Translations under genes and position numbers: made by a program | Notes under the pieces: generated by a model | Told to the model about the DNA's origin: nothing | Databases searched by the model: none | The model's input: only the letters and a program-made list of their open reading frames with translations | Assembly: GCA_013239625.1 (NCBI GenBank) | Contig: MU054323.1 | Coordinates: forward strand, 10,571,186-10,635,185 | Reading direction: 5' to 3' | Source of the DNA: Lama guanicoe | Taxonomy: Eukaryota | Length of the DNA stretch: 64,000 nt | Shown here: positions 51,591 through 64,000 of the stretch, piece after piece | Position numbering within the stretch: the first letter of the stretch is position 1 | Layout: each line of letters opens with the position of its first letter

Positions 51591-52789
51591 TTTCTGCTTC
51601 CCTTAGAGACAGAAATAAATTCTTAAAGTAAATAGTTTCTACTGCAATGCTGGACACTTAGGGAGAATTGAAAAGTAGGTGAAATTGCAGCCTTGGCTAC
51701 AAAAGCACTCTAATTCTGATCTTAGAAGACTTATTCCAATGGAAATCTAGCTTTCACATGGAATTTCAGGACAGATTATAAGGCTCACTCTATTTAGCCA
51801 CTCCCCAGAAAAGGATTCAGACTCCAAGAGGACAGAATCACTCACACTTCTGGGTCACTTGAGGATAGCTCTGGCAAGAGATCAGAAACAAAATCACCTC
51901 AATAAACTGTTCCCAAAGGGTTCCCTCTCCTAGAAGCTGTGCCATGTCTTTGCATGGTTAAAGAACACTCTGGCCAGCAGAACTCTCTCTATTCATGGCT
52001 CCTGCCAGTACCACCTGCAGAAAGGAACCCTCTGGACTTTAAAGGCAATGTATCTCAGAGCTTCATGAATTCCTTTCTTTTATATATCTCCCTGCCTCAT
52101 TCCACTAAGGATTTGAGGAAGCTTATAAGACTTCGAACTCTAAAATAGAAAGCTATAAATAATTTAAAATAAATCAGGAGCAGAGAAAATATATTTAGAA
52201 TAGAAAATCAAGACCAGGGCAAAGTTACACTGTAAGTATGCAAGCCACAGGCCTCCACAGTTACAAAAGTTGAGCTGAGAATGTGGCTTTGAACTTCCTG
52301 GCAGCAAAAGCTATGAGAAAAATGTGGTACAGAAATTCACTGGACAAAAAGAAAACACCTATCAGTTTCCCAAGGATGCAAAATGCTTCCTGACATTTAA
52401 ATCTAGAAGAGCTATTTCTTGGGTGGGCCTTTCCATAGGGGACACAGAGTGCTGTAGCAATGGCATCCTCAACAACATTTCCACAAAAGTATGGCTCTGA
52501 GCTCTGTGTAGCTTCACCCATGTATGCGCCAAAAGTAACACTGCAACAGCCATTCTAAGAAATGTAGATTCAATATACTGGGTCAACTTAGGGATAAAAT
52601 ATCTTAATCACTTCAAGTTTCTAAGAATGTATTTGGGGAGGGCGGTGATGGGGAGATGTGGATACCAGGAAAAGGAGGGCAGCCCCTAACTCAGGGAATT
52701 AGACGGGGGAGACCCAGTGCTTTTGCTTCCCCTTAGATCCCTGGGATTCTGTGTGGTCAGTTCAACTGCTTGGTGATTCTTACATGTAT

Positions 52790-53350
52790 CTTTCAACAAA
52801 TAACTATCAAGCCATGTGTTAGACAGTGAGGAATTAGCTTTGAAAGCTCAGCTATGTCCTTTTGGGGCTTATCACGGGAAGAACAGTATCAAGCAAACAA
52901 TTACTGGTGTAGTCACTGTTACCAATGGAGAAGCACTGGGGGGTGTTAATTTATTCTGGTGGTCAGGGAAGGCTCCCTAAGACACAGAAATTTAAGATGA
53001 GAGCGGAAGGTTGAGGAGAATATAGCTGGGGAAAATCTTATGAACAGGGAGAAGAGCATGTATAAAGTCTCCTGGCGAAAGATGTTAAAACATTCCAGAA
53101 ACTGGAGATGTCAGAACATCCCAGAAGCCCAAAACAGTATGGTGAGAAGGAGAGGAAGAATGGCTGGTAATGGGGCTGCTGAAAAGAAGTGGAGCAGTTT
53201 ATTAATGGTCTGGGAAGACTTGCCAAGGATTTTTATTTTATCCTAAAAGAAATAGGCAGCCATTGGCAAGTTTTAAGAAAGAGCATTATAATATCATCTT
53301 ATAATTCTGAAGATCATGAGTTGCTGTGTGAAAGGACAGGAGAATAACAA
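52790..53350 (-). mobile_element. L2 fragment
   Basis: 'gtggtcagggaaggctccct', 'aaggatttttattttatcctaaaagaaataggcagccattggcaagttttaag'. Confidence 0.75.
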
Positions 53351-53979
53351 GAGTGGATACAGGGAGGGCATAGGCTTTCTAAGATTTGGTTGTTTTGGGG
53401 AGAGGGAGGAAAGAAAAGATGACCACACTGGATTCTGAAAACCAATCCAACAGCTTACAAGTTGAGCACAGCAAGTATGGTACATTGTGAATCAAGTCTG
53501 CTGAACACATGAATGCAATAGCCCCTGGGAAAGGCAGGGGCCCTGAGGCAGACACTAATAACAATGCAAAGTCATTCATGCTTTTGTTGTTCAATTATAA
53601 TGAGTCCACTCATCAGGGTAATAATAATAATGATGTGTTTGAATAACATAATTGCTTAATAGCCATTCCTTATCATCACCACCACCACCCCCTACCATTA
53701 GGATAAAACTAAAATAATCTAGAGTATTTATCATTCTAAAGGAGGCTAAAAATACTAGTTTTCTGTGTTGGTAGCTTTTAAGAAATAAATTATACACAGG
53801 ATCCAGTTATTTCTGCGGCTTTAAAGGGGAACTTTCATTTACGGAAACAAAATGCATAAGGGTTATTTTTTCAGGAAACCCCTTTCATATGAACAGAATC
53901 TTTCTTCATGGAATTCAAGCAGTCCCTGGGCCTCAGTTTTGCCATTTCTTAGTGGGGGGTTGGGGACCAGACAAGATTT

Positions 53980-54320
53980 GTGGTTCTCAAACCTAGCTGT
54001 ACATCAGAATGAACTGGGGCGCTTATTAAAAACTCACCTGATTGGGGACCATCTGAGACACTGCGTGGAAAATATGGATATCTGTATTCTTAGATGCTCC
54101 CCACATGACTCTAAGGATTGGTTGGGGCTGCAAACCACTGGCTTGGTTGAGCTCTAAGGTTCCTTCTGTCTTCAAAAGGACCCTGTTATTCAATGTGGTC
54201 CATGTGGGTGTTAAGACATGCAGAGTCTCAGGCCCCACCCCAGACCTACGGAAACAGAATTGACTTTTTAAACAAGTGTCCCAGGAGACTGAATGCATAT
54301 TAAATTTGAGACACTCTAGT
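53980..54320. mobile_element. Two adjacent MER5-family (hAT-Charlie) MITEs (~53980-54140 and ~54180-54320)
   Basis: 'gtggttctcaaacctagctgtacatcagaat...aaaccactgg'; 'ggccccaccccagacctac...aacaagtgtcccagg...taaatttgaga'. Confidence 0.75.
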
Positions 54321-54964
54321 CTAGGACTCTCTCCACTTTTCAGACACAGTCTTCATTTCCTATAGTTTAGGAAAACTTGGCATCTGGGGAAGATAGCAAC
54401 TTTCTAGGAGTCCTACAGTAACTTGGCAGCTAAGCCTAGAACACAGTTCGGTTGTCCTTTATCAGCAAGGACACAATGCCTCTCTCACAGCCATAAATAA
54501 GCTCAGAGAAAAGAAGCCGAATCAGCAAAGGTAAATCAAGTCCTGGACTCTGCTGGCTCACACATATATTGGGAGACAAACAAAATAGGAAGCACTAAAA
54601 TCTGGTGCATATTTCTTCAAAATGTATAAATAATAGATAATCAGAGGTTGACTTCAAATCTAGGTCTGCATAAATTTCTTCTTAGGGGTATTGTATATCC
54701 TCTTCCCTTTCAGCTTCCTTTTTCACTGGGTCCTTCTCATCCTGGACTATGTTCTGCAGTTTCCCTATTTCAGATATATATATATCTGGATATATTCTTT
54801 TCTATTCTTTAAAAGAAGCCAAACAAAATAAGCAACAACAACCACAAAAACCTGTGTAATTCCTTCCATCAGTAGAAAAGGAACAAATTTCAAATCTCTT
54901 TCCATCCCCATCTCTCTACTTGCATTCAAACCGAACTTGCCTACGGTCTTCAGGAATTTAGTCA

Positions 54965-56050
54965 CTAACATTCACTTAGTCGTTCATTCAATTAACATTC
55001 GTCGAGCACCTACTTAGGATGATACCCCAAGTACCATATTAGGTGAGAGTAAATTAAACCTATCTCTACCCACTGGGGGCTCATAGTTTACTAGGAATTT
55101 AAACTTTAGGAACAATGATATCTAGCAGAAGGTGGAAAGTGAGGATTTCAAAGGAGAAAGAAAATGGTTTGGGAAAAGACAAGGGAGAGAATTCTTTTGA
55201 CTAGGGAAAATAATAAAGGTTTATTGGGGGGTCACAGTGGGTTTGAAATACACATTTTAAAGTGACAATAATATGGGTAGATGTTAAATGTTTCATGGCT
55301 GGCACTGGAAAGAAAGACATCACCAGCAAAGATAAGAGCCTACGTGAAGGCTTGATGCTTACCGCATATAGTGTTACAGGACAATTGAATCTAGCAAAGT
55401 TGACTTCAGTAGCCCCTGCATAAAAATAAAGTAATGGAAAAATATGTTGGAACAGTTGTGGGGGTTTTAAAATTTAGGCTAAGAAATTTAAACTTCATTC
55501 TATTAGCAACAGGAGCCACTGAAGGCTTTTTCAATAAAGAAGTGACACAGTCAAGTCAGATTTGGGAGGACAATCCTGATAAAAGAATACTAGACACTGA
55601 GAGCCGAGAGAAGGAGATCATAATAGGCTTGGCACAGGGGAATAAAGGTATGAGCTAAGAGCAGGCAGAGAAGAGGAGGCAGGGATAAGAGATACAATGA
55701 TGATGGCATCTAACCAGATTGCAATTCATATGGGATTTGCAAGGAAGAGAAAGAAGTAAAAGTAATGCTAAAAGTTTGGATCTGGATGACTGGTGGATGA
55801 TGGTACTTATTAGGGAACCGAGACAGTTATTTTGAAGGAAAGGCAGTAAATTCAGATTGGGCATCTGCAGTCTGAGACCTCAGTAGGAATCTAGGAGCAA
55901 ATATCCAGCAGGCAATTGGAAATATATAACTAGAGACTGGAAGAGACTGAAAGAAGTGATTTGTGTATCATCTATCCTACAGATGAGAGCTGAGACCATG
56001 GGATTAAATGAGACAGGAGAAAGAGAAAGAAGAGCAAGTCACCAAAGGTG
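54965..56050 (-). mobile_element. L2 with 3' (TCAT)n-like tail
   Basis: 'ttcattcaattaacattcgtcgagcacctac', 'ggagccactgaaggcttttt', 'aatatccagcaggcaattggaaata'. Confidence 0.8.
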
Positions 56051-57383
56051 TTTAGTTGGATGTTCTAAAATCAGAATAATAGCAGAGCTAAAGATTCTTT
56101 ATCTACCTGCCTTCCCTCACACCTGTCTGTCCTTTACAGCAGCTTTCCCCGACCATATCCATCAAAGTTCATTCAGACATACCCCTTAAGTCTTACACTT
56201 CACAGAGGGTTTAAAGGTGTCATTGAAACATTGGGAAAACATTAGCCTGGGAAACTCAGATTCTAGTGTTGGTTCTGTACTAATTCCCTTAAAACCTGGG
56301 GTAGATAATCCTACTTTTCTGGCCTTGAGTTTGCATCTAAAGTGAAGAAAAGTAGACCAGAAGATCCATGGTCTAACTATGAATCTTTCCACTGTGACAT
56401 GAAGGAGTTTATGAAGACCGCCTGTTTCACTCCCCATGAAATCACACAAATATGCCATATTTTCTCCTTTCCAATGCCAAATCACTGATCATTTGACACT
56501 TCTATTACTAAATTAACTTGGCCTACCTGCTGCTTCAATTAAGATCACTTCTGGCTTCCAATGACTTCTTATTTCTTTCCATATCAAATTATAAAATTGG
56601 ATTCTTATGTATGTGCAGGTCTCTATCATTAGTCAGGTCCTGCCTGTTTCCTCTCGTTCACTGCCATAGTTAGCAAAACTGCCAACCCAGCATAAAGTAG
56701 TAAAATTTTTAAATGTTATACATTTATGCAGAAGTATTTTAAGAAATAAACACCCAGGTAAAGTTATCCTTTAAAGTGATCTTAAATCCATATGATATTT
56801 AATCACTTCCTTTACTAGAGAACCTACAATATCTTTACCTTGTTTATTTGATCTGGTGTTGAATCCTGGGTTTGTTCAGGAACAGTATGGATTTCTTTGG
56901 GGAAAAATCTCCCTTCTCCTCAGTTTCAGACACAACTCTGGCTCGCTGTGCCTTACAACTCAGACCTTTTTCTCTGAGCTGGCTCAGAAAAATCACGGGA
57001 GGAGAGGGAATGGGGTGCTATAGTGATAGAAATTTGGCAGTTTCCTGTTATCTTTTATTATTTTTTGTTTACAGCTGCTTCCAGTTTTCCCTGCAGTTTC
57101 AAAAACACAGAGATTATAGTCATGTTGGTGTGTGTCTGCATTAACAGAATAAATGCCAGTAACTATTTTTTCAAATTAAAGGATTTTGCTGCTGTTGTTG
57201 TTGTTTTACTTTGTTTTTTACTCTCCAGGGACAGCAGAATCTCCATTCAAGCAGGAACCCAGTTGTTAGCTATTATGTTTGCTGATAATTTAAAAAACTT
57301 TATATCCCTTAGCAATCAGGTGTGCTCACAGTTTGTGTCTGACAAGAATGGAAGACCTTAAAAATACAAAACTCAACCTCTAT

Positions 57384-58420
57384 TAAAACTAAACGACAAC
57401 CTACGGAATGGGAAAAAATATTTGCAAAAGATGAAACTGACAAGGGCTCAATTTCCAGAATATATAATAATGTCTTAATAAAGAAAAAACAAACAACCCA
57501 ATCCAAAAATGGGCAGAGGACCTAAACAAGCAATTCTCCGGTGAAGACATATGAATGACCAATAGGCACATGAAAAAATGCTCAATATCACTAATTATGC
57601 AAATCAAAACTATAATGAGGTATCACCTCACACCAGTCAGAATGGCCATCATTCAAAAGTCCACAAACAATAAATGCTGGAGAGGGTGTGGAGAAAGGGA
57701 AATCCTCCTACACTGTTGGTGGGAATGTAGTTTGGTGCGCCATTGTGGAAAACAGCATGGAGATTCCTCAAAAGACTAAAAATTAACTTACCATGTGACC
57801 CAGCAATTCCATTCCTGGGCATATATCCAGAAGGAACCCTAATTCAAAAAGACACCTGCACTCCAATGTTCATAGTAGCACTATTTACAATAGCCAAGAC
57901 ATGGAAACAGCCTAAATGTCCATCAACAGGTAACTGGATAAAGAAGCTGTGGTATATTTATACAATGGAATACTATTCGGCCATAAAAATGACAGCATAA
58001 TGCCATCTGCAGCAACATGGATGTCCCTGGAGAATGTCATTCTAAGCGAAGTAAGCCAGAAAGAGAAAGAAAAATACCATATGATATCACTCATGTGGAA
58101 TCTAAAAAAACAAAAAAACACAAATGAACATATATATATATAAAACAGAAACAGACTCACAGACATAGAATACAGACTTATGGTTACTGGGGAGAAGAGC
58201 GGTGGAAAGGGATAAACTGGGAGTTCGAGATTTGCAGATACTGACTAGTATATATAAAATAGATAAACAGGTTTATACTGTATAGCACAGGAAAATATAT
58301 TCAATATCTTGTAGTAACTCACAGTGAAAAAGAATATGAAAATGAATATATGTATATTCATGTATGACCTACACCAGAAATTGGCACAACATTGTAAACT
58401 GACTATAACTCAATAAAAAA
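57384..58420 (+). mobile_element. Young camelid-type L1, 3' ~1 kb
   Basis: Frameshifted ORF2 C-terminus ([40 protein letters not shown]...MEYYSAIK), 3' UTR, 'ctataactcaataaaaaa'. Confidence 0.92.
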
Positions 58421-58789
58421 GTTTCTAAAAGTACTTCTTCAAAAAGGTAACTTTTAAAACAATGCTTGCATAGATAATTTCTTAGAGAGTTAAAATGGTT
58501 TCAGAAAACCAGGATTAATTTTAATAGCCCTCATTTACTTGGTACATTCCCCCAGGAATATTCGGTGAATATTCGACATGTCTGTATTTCACTGGCTTTG
58601 GATCTAAGGACCCCATGCTAAGCCCTGGGTGTCATATCTCCATGGAGTCATGAAGATCTCACAGCCTCGAAGTTCCTTGGAGACCTTACAAAGTCAATAC
58701 TGTCTGGAAAGACCTAGGACCAATGCTTGGGAGCACTGAACTAAGAAAGGCTCTTTGCTTTTCCTTTTTCTCGATTTTGTATATTTTTG

Positions 58790-58806
58790 CTACCACCAGG
58801 TGGTAG
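58790..58806. promoter_or_regulatory. Candidate palindromic CTCF-like site
   Basis: ctaccacc-a-ggtggtag inverted repeat containing CCACCAGGTGGTAG; motif only. Confidence 0.35.
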
Positions 58807-59209
58807 TAGGTAGGTGCATCCCTGGCAAGGTGGAGCTATCAAAGTGTAAAGGCTCACTTTCAGGAAATTACCAAAACAAACTGTTTAATGAGAGTCTGGA
58901 AATCTTTAATTAAATGGGATCAATATTACAAACAGAATAAAAACAAAACGTACAAATATAAATGAGGTGTCTTTCCTCGTGGAAAAACTCAGAAAAAGTG
59001 TGTGTGCATGTGTCTTCTATTATCTTGAAACAAACTAGGAACTAACTCGGATTCTTTCACATTAGACCCAATGGTCAATTTGCTGAATGATTTGCATTTC
59101 CATCCACATTTTCTTCACTCTGTGAAAAGAGAAGCCCCCCATACAAGTTTCAGATTCCAAATACTTCTGAAGTATCAGTCATGAAAAGAAAAACCTGCTT
59201 CATTAGAAT

Positions 59210-59395
59210 CATCACACAAATCTTATAAATTTAGGGCTAGAAAGAGATTTAGAGATCTTCTACTTCAAACCTTTTCATTTGACAAATGAGGAAACTGACT
59301 CCAGAGAAGTGGTGTGATTCATCCAAAGTCACCCAGCATGTTGGTGGTATGGACCAGAACTCAGCAACTATGATTCCAATCAGGCTTTTGTCCCA
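59210..59395 (-). mobile_element. MIR/MIR3
   Basis: 'catttgacaaatgaggaaactgactccagagaagtggtgtgattcatccaaagtcaccca'. Confidence 0.8.
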
Positions 59396-59399
59396 TCTT

Positions 59400-61523
59400 C
59401 CACCAAGCTGCTCCTGTCAAGGTTACCAGTCACTTTCATGTTGGTAAATCCAGTGGTCAAATCTCAGCCTCAGATGTTCTTCCTGGACCACCAGCAGCAT
59501 TTATTTATAACTGATCACTCCCACACTTTCTCCATGTGACTTCCAGGACACAGGACTCTCTTCATTTTCCTCCTACCTCCCCACCCTCTCTTCAGTCTCT
59601 TTTGCTGGTTGCCCCTCAACTCCCCAACTTGTTGGCTCAGTATTTGGATCTCTGCTATTCTTCAGTTACACTCATCTGTTGATTAATCTCATCTCCCTCG
59701 TAAAGACCCCAAGTTGTATCTTTAGCCCAAAACACTACCTTGAATTCCAGGCCTATTTATCTCTACGCCTTCTTATGATCTCCACTTGGACATCTATTAG
59801 ATGTTTCAAATTTCTCATGTCAAAACGGAATTCATGATCTACCCATACAAACTTGATCTGGGTCCAAATCTTCCAAATCACTGGCTCAACCTCCAAATAT
59901 ACCTCAATTGTGACCACTTCTTACTACTTGTCTTGCTAGCTCAAGTTACCTTTTATTCTTGCCTAGATTCTTGAAAATGCCTTCTATACATCTCCCTGCC
60001 TCTGTCCTCATAGTCTAATCTCAGCATATCAGCTAAAATAATCCTTTTAAAATTTAAGGTAGAGCATTTCATCCCTTGGCTCCAAACATTCCAAGGCCTC
60101 TGTTTTCTCTAAGAGTAAAAGCCAAAGTCCTTACAATGGTCTACAAGATCATACATCCTGCCCCCCATGCCCTCTGCCTTAAGCCTTCCTGACCTCATCT
60201 CCCACTAATCATCCCCTGGCTTACTCTGCTCCAATCACCCTGTCCTCCTGCTTATTCCAGAACATTCCAGTCATTCTCCTGCCTCAGAGCCTTTGTGCTT
60301 GCTATTCCCTCTGCCTGACTGCTCTCCCCCAAGCTGTATGCATGGCTCACTATCTTACTCCCTTCAAGTCATTGCTCAAATGTCAACCCTCACACAAAGA
60401 TTTAACAGACCACCCTTCAAAAAATTAAACCACACCATTCGCATCTTCCTGGCTTTATTATTCTTTATAGCACTTATTTTCTTCTAACACTTTGTATTTT
60501 TTTAACATTTTTTTAATGAGTAATAGTCATTTTACAATTTTGTGTCAAATTCCAGTGTAGAACAGTTTTTAAGTTATACATGAACATACATATATTCATT
60601 GTCACATTTTTTTCTCTGTGAGCTACCATAAGATCTTGTATATATTTCCCTGTGCTATACAGTATAATCTTGTTTATCGAGTCTACATTTTGAAATCCCA
60701 GTCTGTCCCTTCCCACCTCCTGCCCCCTTGGCAACCACAAGTTTGTACTCTATGTCTATGAGTCTGTTTCTGTTTTGTATTTATGCTTTTTTTTTTTTTA
60801 GATTCCACATATGAGCGCTCTCATATGGTATTTTTCTTTCTCTTTCTGGCTTAACTTCACTTAGAATGACATTCTCCAGGGACATCCATGTTGCTGCAAA
60901 TGGCATTATGTTGTCAGTTTTTATGGATGAATGGTATTCCATTGTATAAATATACCACTTCTTCTTTATCCAGTTATCTGTCGATGGACATTTAGGCTGT
61001 TTCCATGTCTTGGCTATTGTAAATAGTGCTGCTGTGAACATTGGGCTGCAGGTGTCATTTTGAAGTAGGGTTCCTTCTGGATATATGCCCAGGAGTGGGA
61101 TTACTGGGTCATATGGTAAGTCTATTCCTAGTCTTTTGAGGAATCTCCATACTGCTTTCCACAGTGGCTGCACCAAACTGCATTCCCACCAGCAGTGTAG
61201 GAGGGTTCCCTTTTCTCCACAGCCTCTCCAGCATTTGTCATTTGTGGACTTTTGAATGATGGCCATTCTGACTGGTGTGAGGTGATACCTCATTGTAGTT
61301 TTGATTTGCATTTTTCTGATAATTAGTGATATTGAGCATTTTTTCATGTGCCTATTGATCATTTATATTTCTTCCTTGGAAGTAAGAATGTAAGCACCAG
61401 GAAAGCAGGAATTGATGTCAGTTCTGTTCACTGATGGGTCTCCAGTGTATAGGACAGCTCCTCACATATACGTGTAGAATAAATATTTGTGGTATGAAGG
61501 GATGAACAGAGTGAATGAATGAA
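59400..61523 (+). mobile_element. L2a-like element with (TGAA)n tail, interrupted by a young L1
   Basis: 'gtcaaggttaccag', 'taaatccagtggtcaa', 'agagtaaaagccaaagtccttacaatgg', resumes 'agaatgtaagc...aataaatatttgt...gtgaatgaatgaatg'. Confidence 0.88.
60495..61380 (-). mobile_element. Young camelid-type L1 3' end; carries the longest ORF in the window (60781-61362, ORF2 C-terminal Cys-rich region)
   Basis: Peptide [32 protein letters not shown]...[19 protein letters not shown]...[12 protein letters not shown]...; polyT and complete 3' UTR. Confidence 0.95.
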
Positions 61524-62756
61524 TGGCTCCGAGTCCAGTCTTCTTCTGCTTTGACATACGGTTCCTCTCCTACTTTCATATTCTTCTGTGCTTGGAAAAA
61601 TCAGTTTCTAATACCACTGCTCCTGCTATTGTAACTAATGTTGGAGAATTCAATATGGCAATAAACTTCTGCCATCACTTCTTTATTTGGGCAAATAAAG
61701 CTCATTCTCTAAGAGCTGTTTATATCTTCCTAAGTGCTATTATTGCAGTTTAGATGGGCTGCCACCAAGTAGAACACTAGGGCTGCAGTCAGGAGCTCTA
61801 CATCTCTAATCTGTCTCCTCCTCTCCCTGCATACTGTCCCAGGCCATGCCACAGTTTCCTCTTGGATCACTTGCAGCAGCAGCTCAGTTGGTCTCCCTGT
61901 TCTCAGCCTTTCTCCCCTAATTCTTCCTCAACCCCTGACCACAATGATCTATTTCAGTGATCTTCAATCTTTTATTTTTTAGTGGCCACTTCTTTTTACT
62001 TGTAGGCAGACTTACAGAAGACAGAATGATTACCTGAACTTCCATCTCTCACCTCAAGACATCTTCTGAAGATGCTTCCAGGTGTCAGAGAACTGTAGAA
62101 GGCAGTTCATATTCCTTGGACTGATACAGGACTCAAACCTGGCCTGCACACTCTGCCTCATGTAAACCATCAAGGGCTCCCTATCACCTAGAAAAGTGTT
62201 TCCTTTTGCCTTGATCATCCATGCATAACCTTAATGATATTTTTGCCACAATTGTGTGCCTCTCATATTACTATTAATGTTATTCTTAAAACCAACTTAA
62301 ACATTTATAAACTTACTTTGGTTTAAGGAATTTATATCACTATTATCACCACCATAAACTCAAAACCAGTGTCATTTGTTATGAATAGAAGGTACCTTAA
62401 AATCAAATATATAACAAAGATCACTGGGTACATCTGTAAGTGCACATCACACTGTGGGAAACACTGGCCTAGAAAAAAAAAAGCTGCAGCTCCTTCCCAT
62501 AGCCTGTTTAACACCTTTCAGGAACACAGAACTTCCTGTGGTTCTCCCTGTGCTGTTTCATGCCTCCCTGACTTTGTTCATGTAGTTCCCTTTGCCTAGA
62601 ATGCCTACAGCATTAAAATTCAGTTTTAGCTAAAAAAATGTTTATTGAAGTATTGCATATGCATAGTTTAAAAAGTCAATTAGTACTCTAGGCTTATAAC
62701 AAAAGCAGTTGTCCCTTCCTCCTAATTCCCACACTCCAGAGTAAACATTTTCAATT

Positions 62757-63127
62757 ATTTTTTTTAATTGTGGGAAAATATACATAGCATAAAATTTACT
62801 ATTTTAGCCATTTTCAAGTGTGGCATTAACTGGCATTAAATATATTCACATTGTTGTGCAACAATTACTTGTGCAACCATTACTACCATCCATCTCTAGA
62901 ATAGTTTCCTTCTTCCCAAACTGAAATTCACATATCCATATCCATTAAACAGTTAACTCACCATTTTCCCATCCTCCTAGCTCTGGCAGGCATCACTCTA
63001 CTTTCTGTCTCTCTGAATTTGACTACTCCAAGTACTTCATTTAAGTGGAATCAGTATTTGTTCTTTTGTGACAGTGTTATTTCACATAGTACAATGACTT
63101 TGAGGTTCATCTATGTTTGTAGCTTGC
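62757..63127 (-). mobile_element. L1MB-like 3' fragment inserted in an older L1 remnant
   Basis: 'aaatatacatagcataaaatttactattttagccattttcaagtg', 'ctactttctgtctct'; TSD-like aacattttcaatt/aacactttcaatt (12/13). Confidence 0.82.
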
Positions 63128-63754
63128 AACACTTTCAATTCACCCAAGGAATTTCTTTCACCATTATGCTGGGAATCCTCTTTGCCTCTCTTCTAGGATG
63201 GATCTTTTATTTCTATTTCATTGTTCCCATATTTTCCTATTTCTTGTTTTATTCTCTTATTTCCATGTGGCACATCCAAATCTTTTTAAGAAAGGGTGCC
63301 TAAAAGGTACATTTTTAGATTTTGCATTTATAAAAGTATCTTTATTTTAACTTCATATCTAATGGTAGTTTGTCTGGGTATGAAATTATAGGTTAGAAAT
63401 TATTTTCCTTTGGGATTTTGATTGCATTTATCAACTGATCTCTAGATCCCCAAATTGCAGATGTTAAAACAGATACTATTCTTATTCCCTATTATTTGTA
63501 CATGATGTATATTTTTTCTTCTAAAAGATGTATAATCTTTCCTTATTGTCTATTTTTTAAATTTCACAATTATGTGCTATTATGTATACCTTTTATATTG
63601 TGGTGTTAACCACTCTTCTGTGGTTACCATTTGTGTGTGTGTGTGTTTAAGGTTTATTCCTGCTCCGCGTATTGACTCTGAGAATCCTCTCCCCTTCTTT
63701 GTTTTGCTTCTTGGTTTTGGTTTTGGCCTCTGTTTTGTTTTTTCTTTTTTCTTT

Positions 63755-63886
63755 TCACATTTTTTCTCTGTGATTTATCATAACATTTTGTGTATATTTC
63801 CCTGTGCTATACAGTGTAATCTTGTTTATCTATTCTACAATTTTGAAATCCCAGTCTATCCCTTCCCACCCTCTACCACCCCCCCC
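63755..63886 (-). mobile_element. Short camelid-type L1 3' UTR fragment
   Basis: 'tatatttccctgtgctatacagtgtaatcttgtttatc...ttttgaaatcccagtctatcccttcccacc' matches 60600-60720. Confidence 0.85.
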
Positions 63887-64000
63887 GTTTTGTTTTTTCT
63901 TTTAGAACTCTATCATCAAATGTCTGGTAGTCTTTGGTTGTCCTTTCTCATTTAATATTGGGAGAAATGAAAAGTCAGTTGGAATCTCTGTGCGCATGGA

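Noticed and set aside
52050..52620. Possible very old LINE (L4/RTE-X-like) remnant
   Set aside because: Resemblance too faint to call without an HMM search
60781..61362. 193-aa ORF, the longest in the track
   Set aside because: C-terminal fragment of L1 ORF2 in a 5'-truncated copy; not a host gene
1..64000. tRNA/rRNA/snRNA genes, CRISPR arrays, processed pseudogenes, prokaryotic-type systems
   Set aside because: None recognisable; the sequence is mammalian non-coding DNA

Overview
This window is mammalian nuclear DNA, not prokaryotic. It is CpG-depleted and rich in interspersed repeats: MIR, L2, old L1M, MaLR MLT1 LTRs, ERV1 MER31/MER67- and MER41-like LTRs, and hAT MER5/MER20/MER58/MER63/MER94. 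The youngest L1 3' UTRs, together with the absence of Alu, B1/B2, Bov-A/Bov-tA/BovB, PRE-1 and Can-SINE, point to a cetartiodactyl, most likely a camelid (inference from recalled consensus sequences, no database search run). I cannot support any host protein-coding gene, RNA gene or CRISPR array; the only ORF-track entries I can assign are decayed L1 ORF2 C-terminal fragments. The window looks intergenic or deep intronic. The most notable structures are: a perfect spacer-less 164-bp palindrome (12929-13092); four same-orientation MER31/MER67-type solo LTRs within 11 kb; a strong plus-strand bias of LTRs; two 5'-inverted (twin-primed) L1 insertions; nested TE stacks; and a few candidate regulatory islands. 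I found no convincing novel biological system. Subfamily names and the boundaries of old repeats are approximate.
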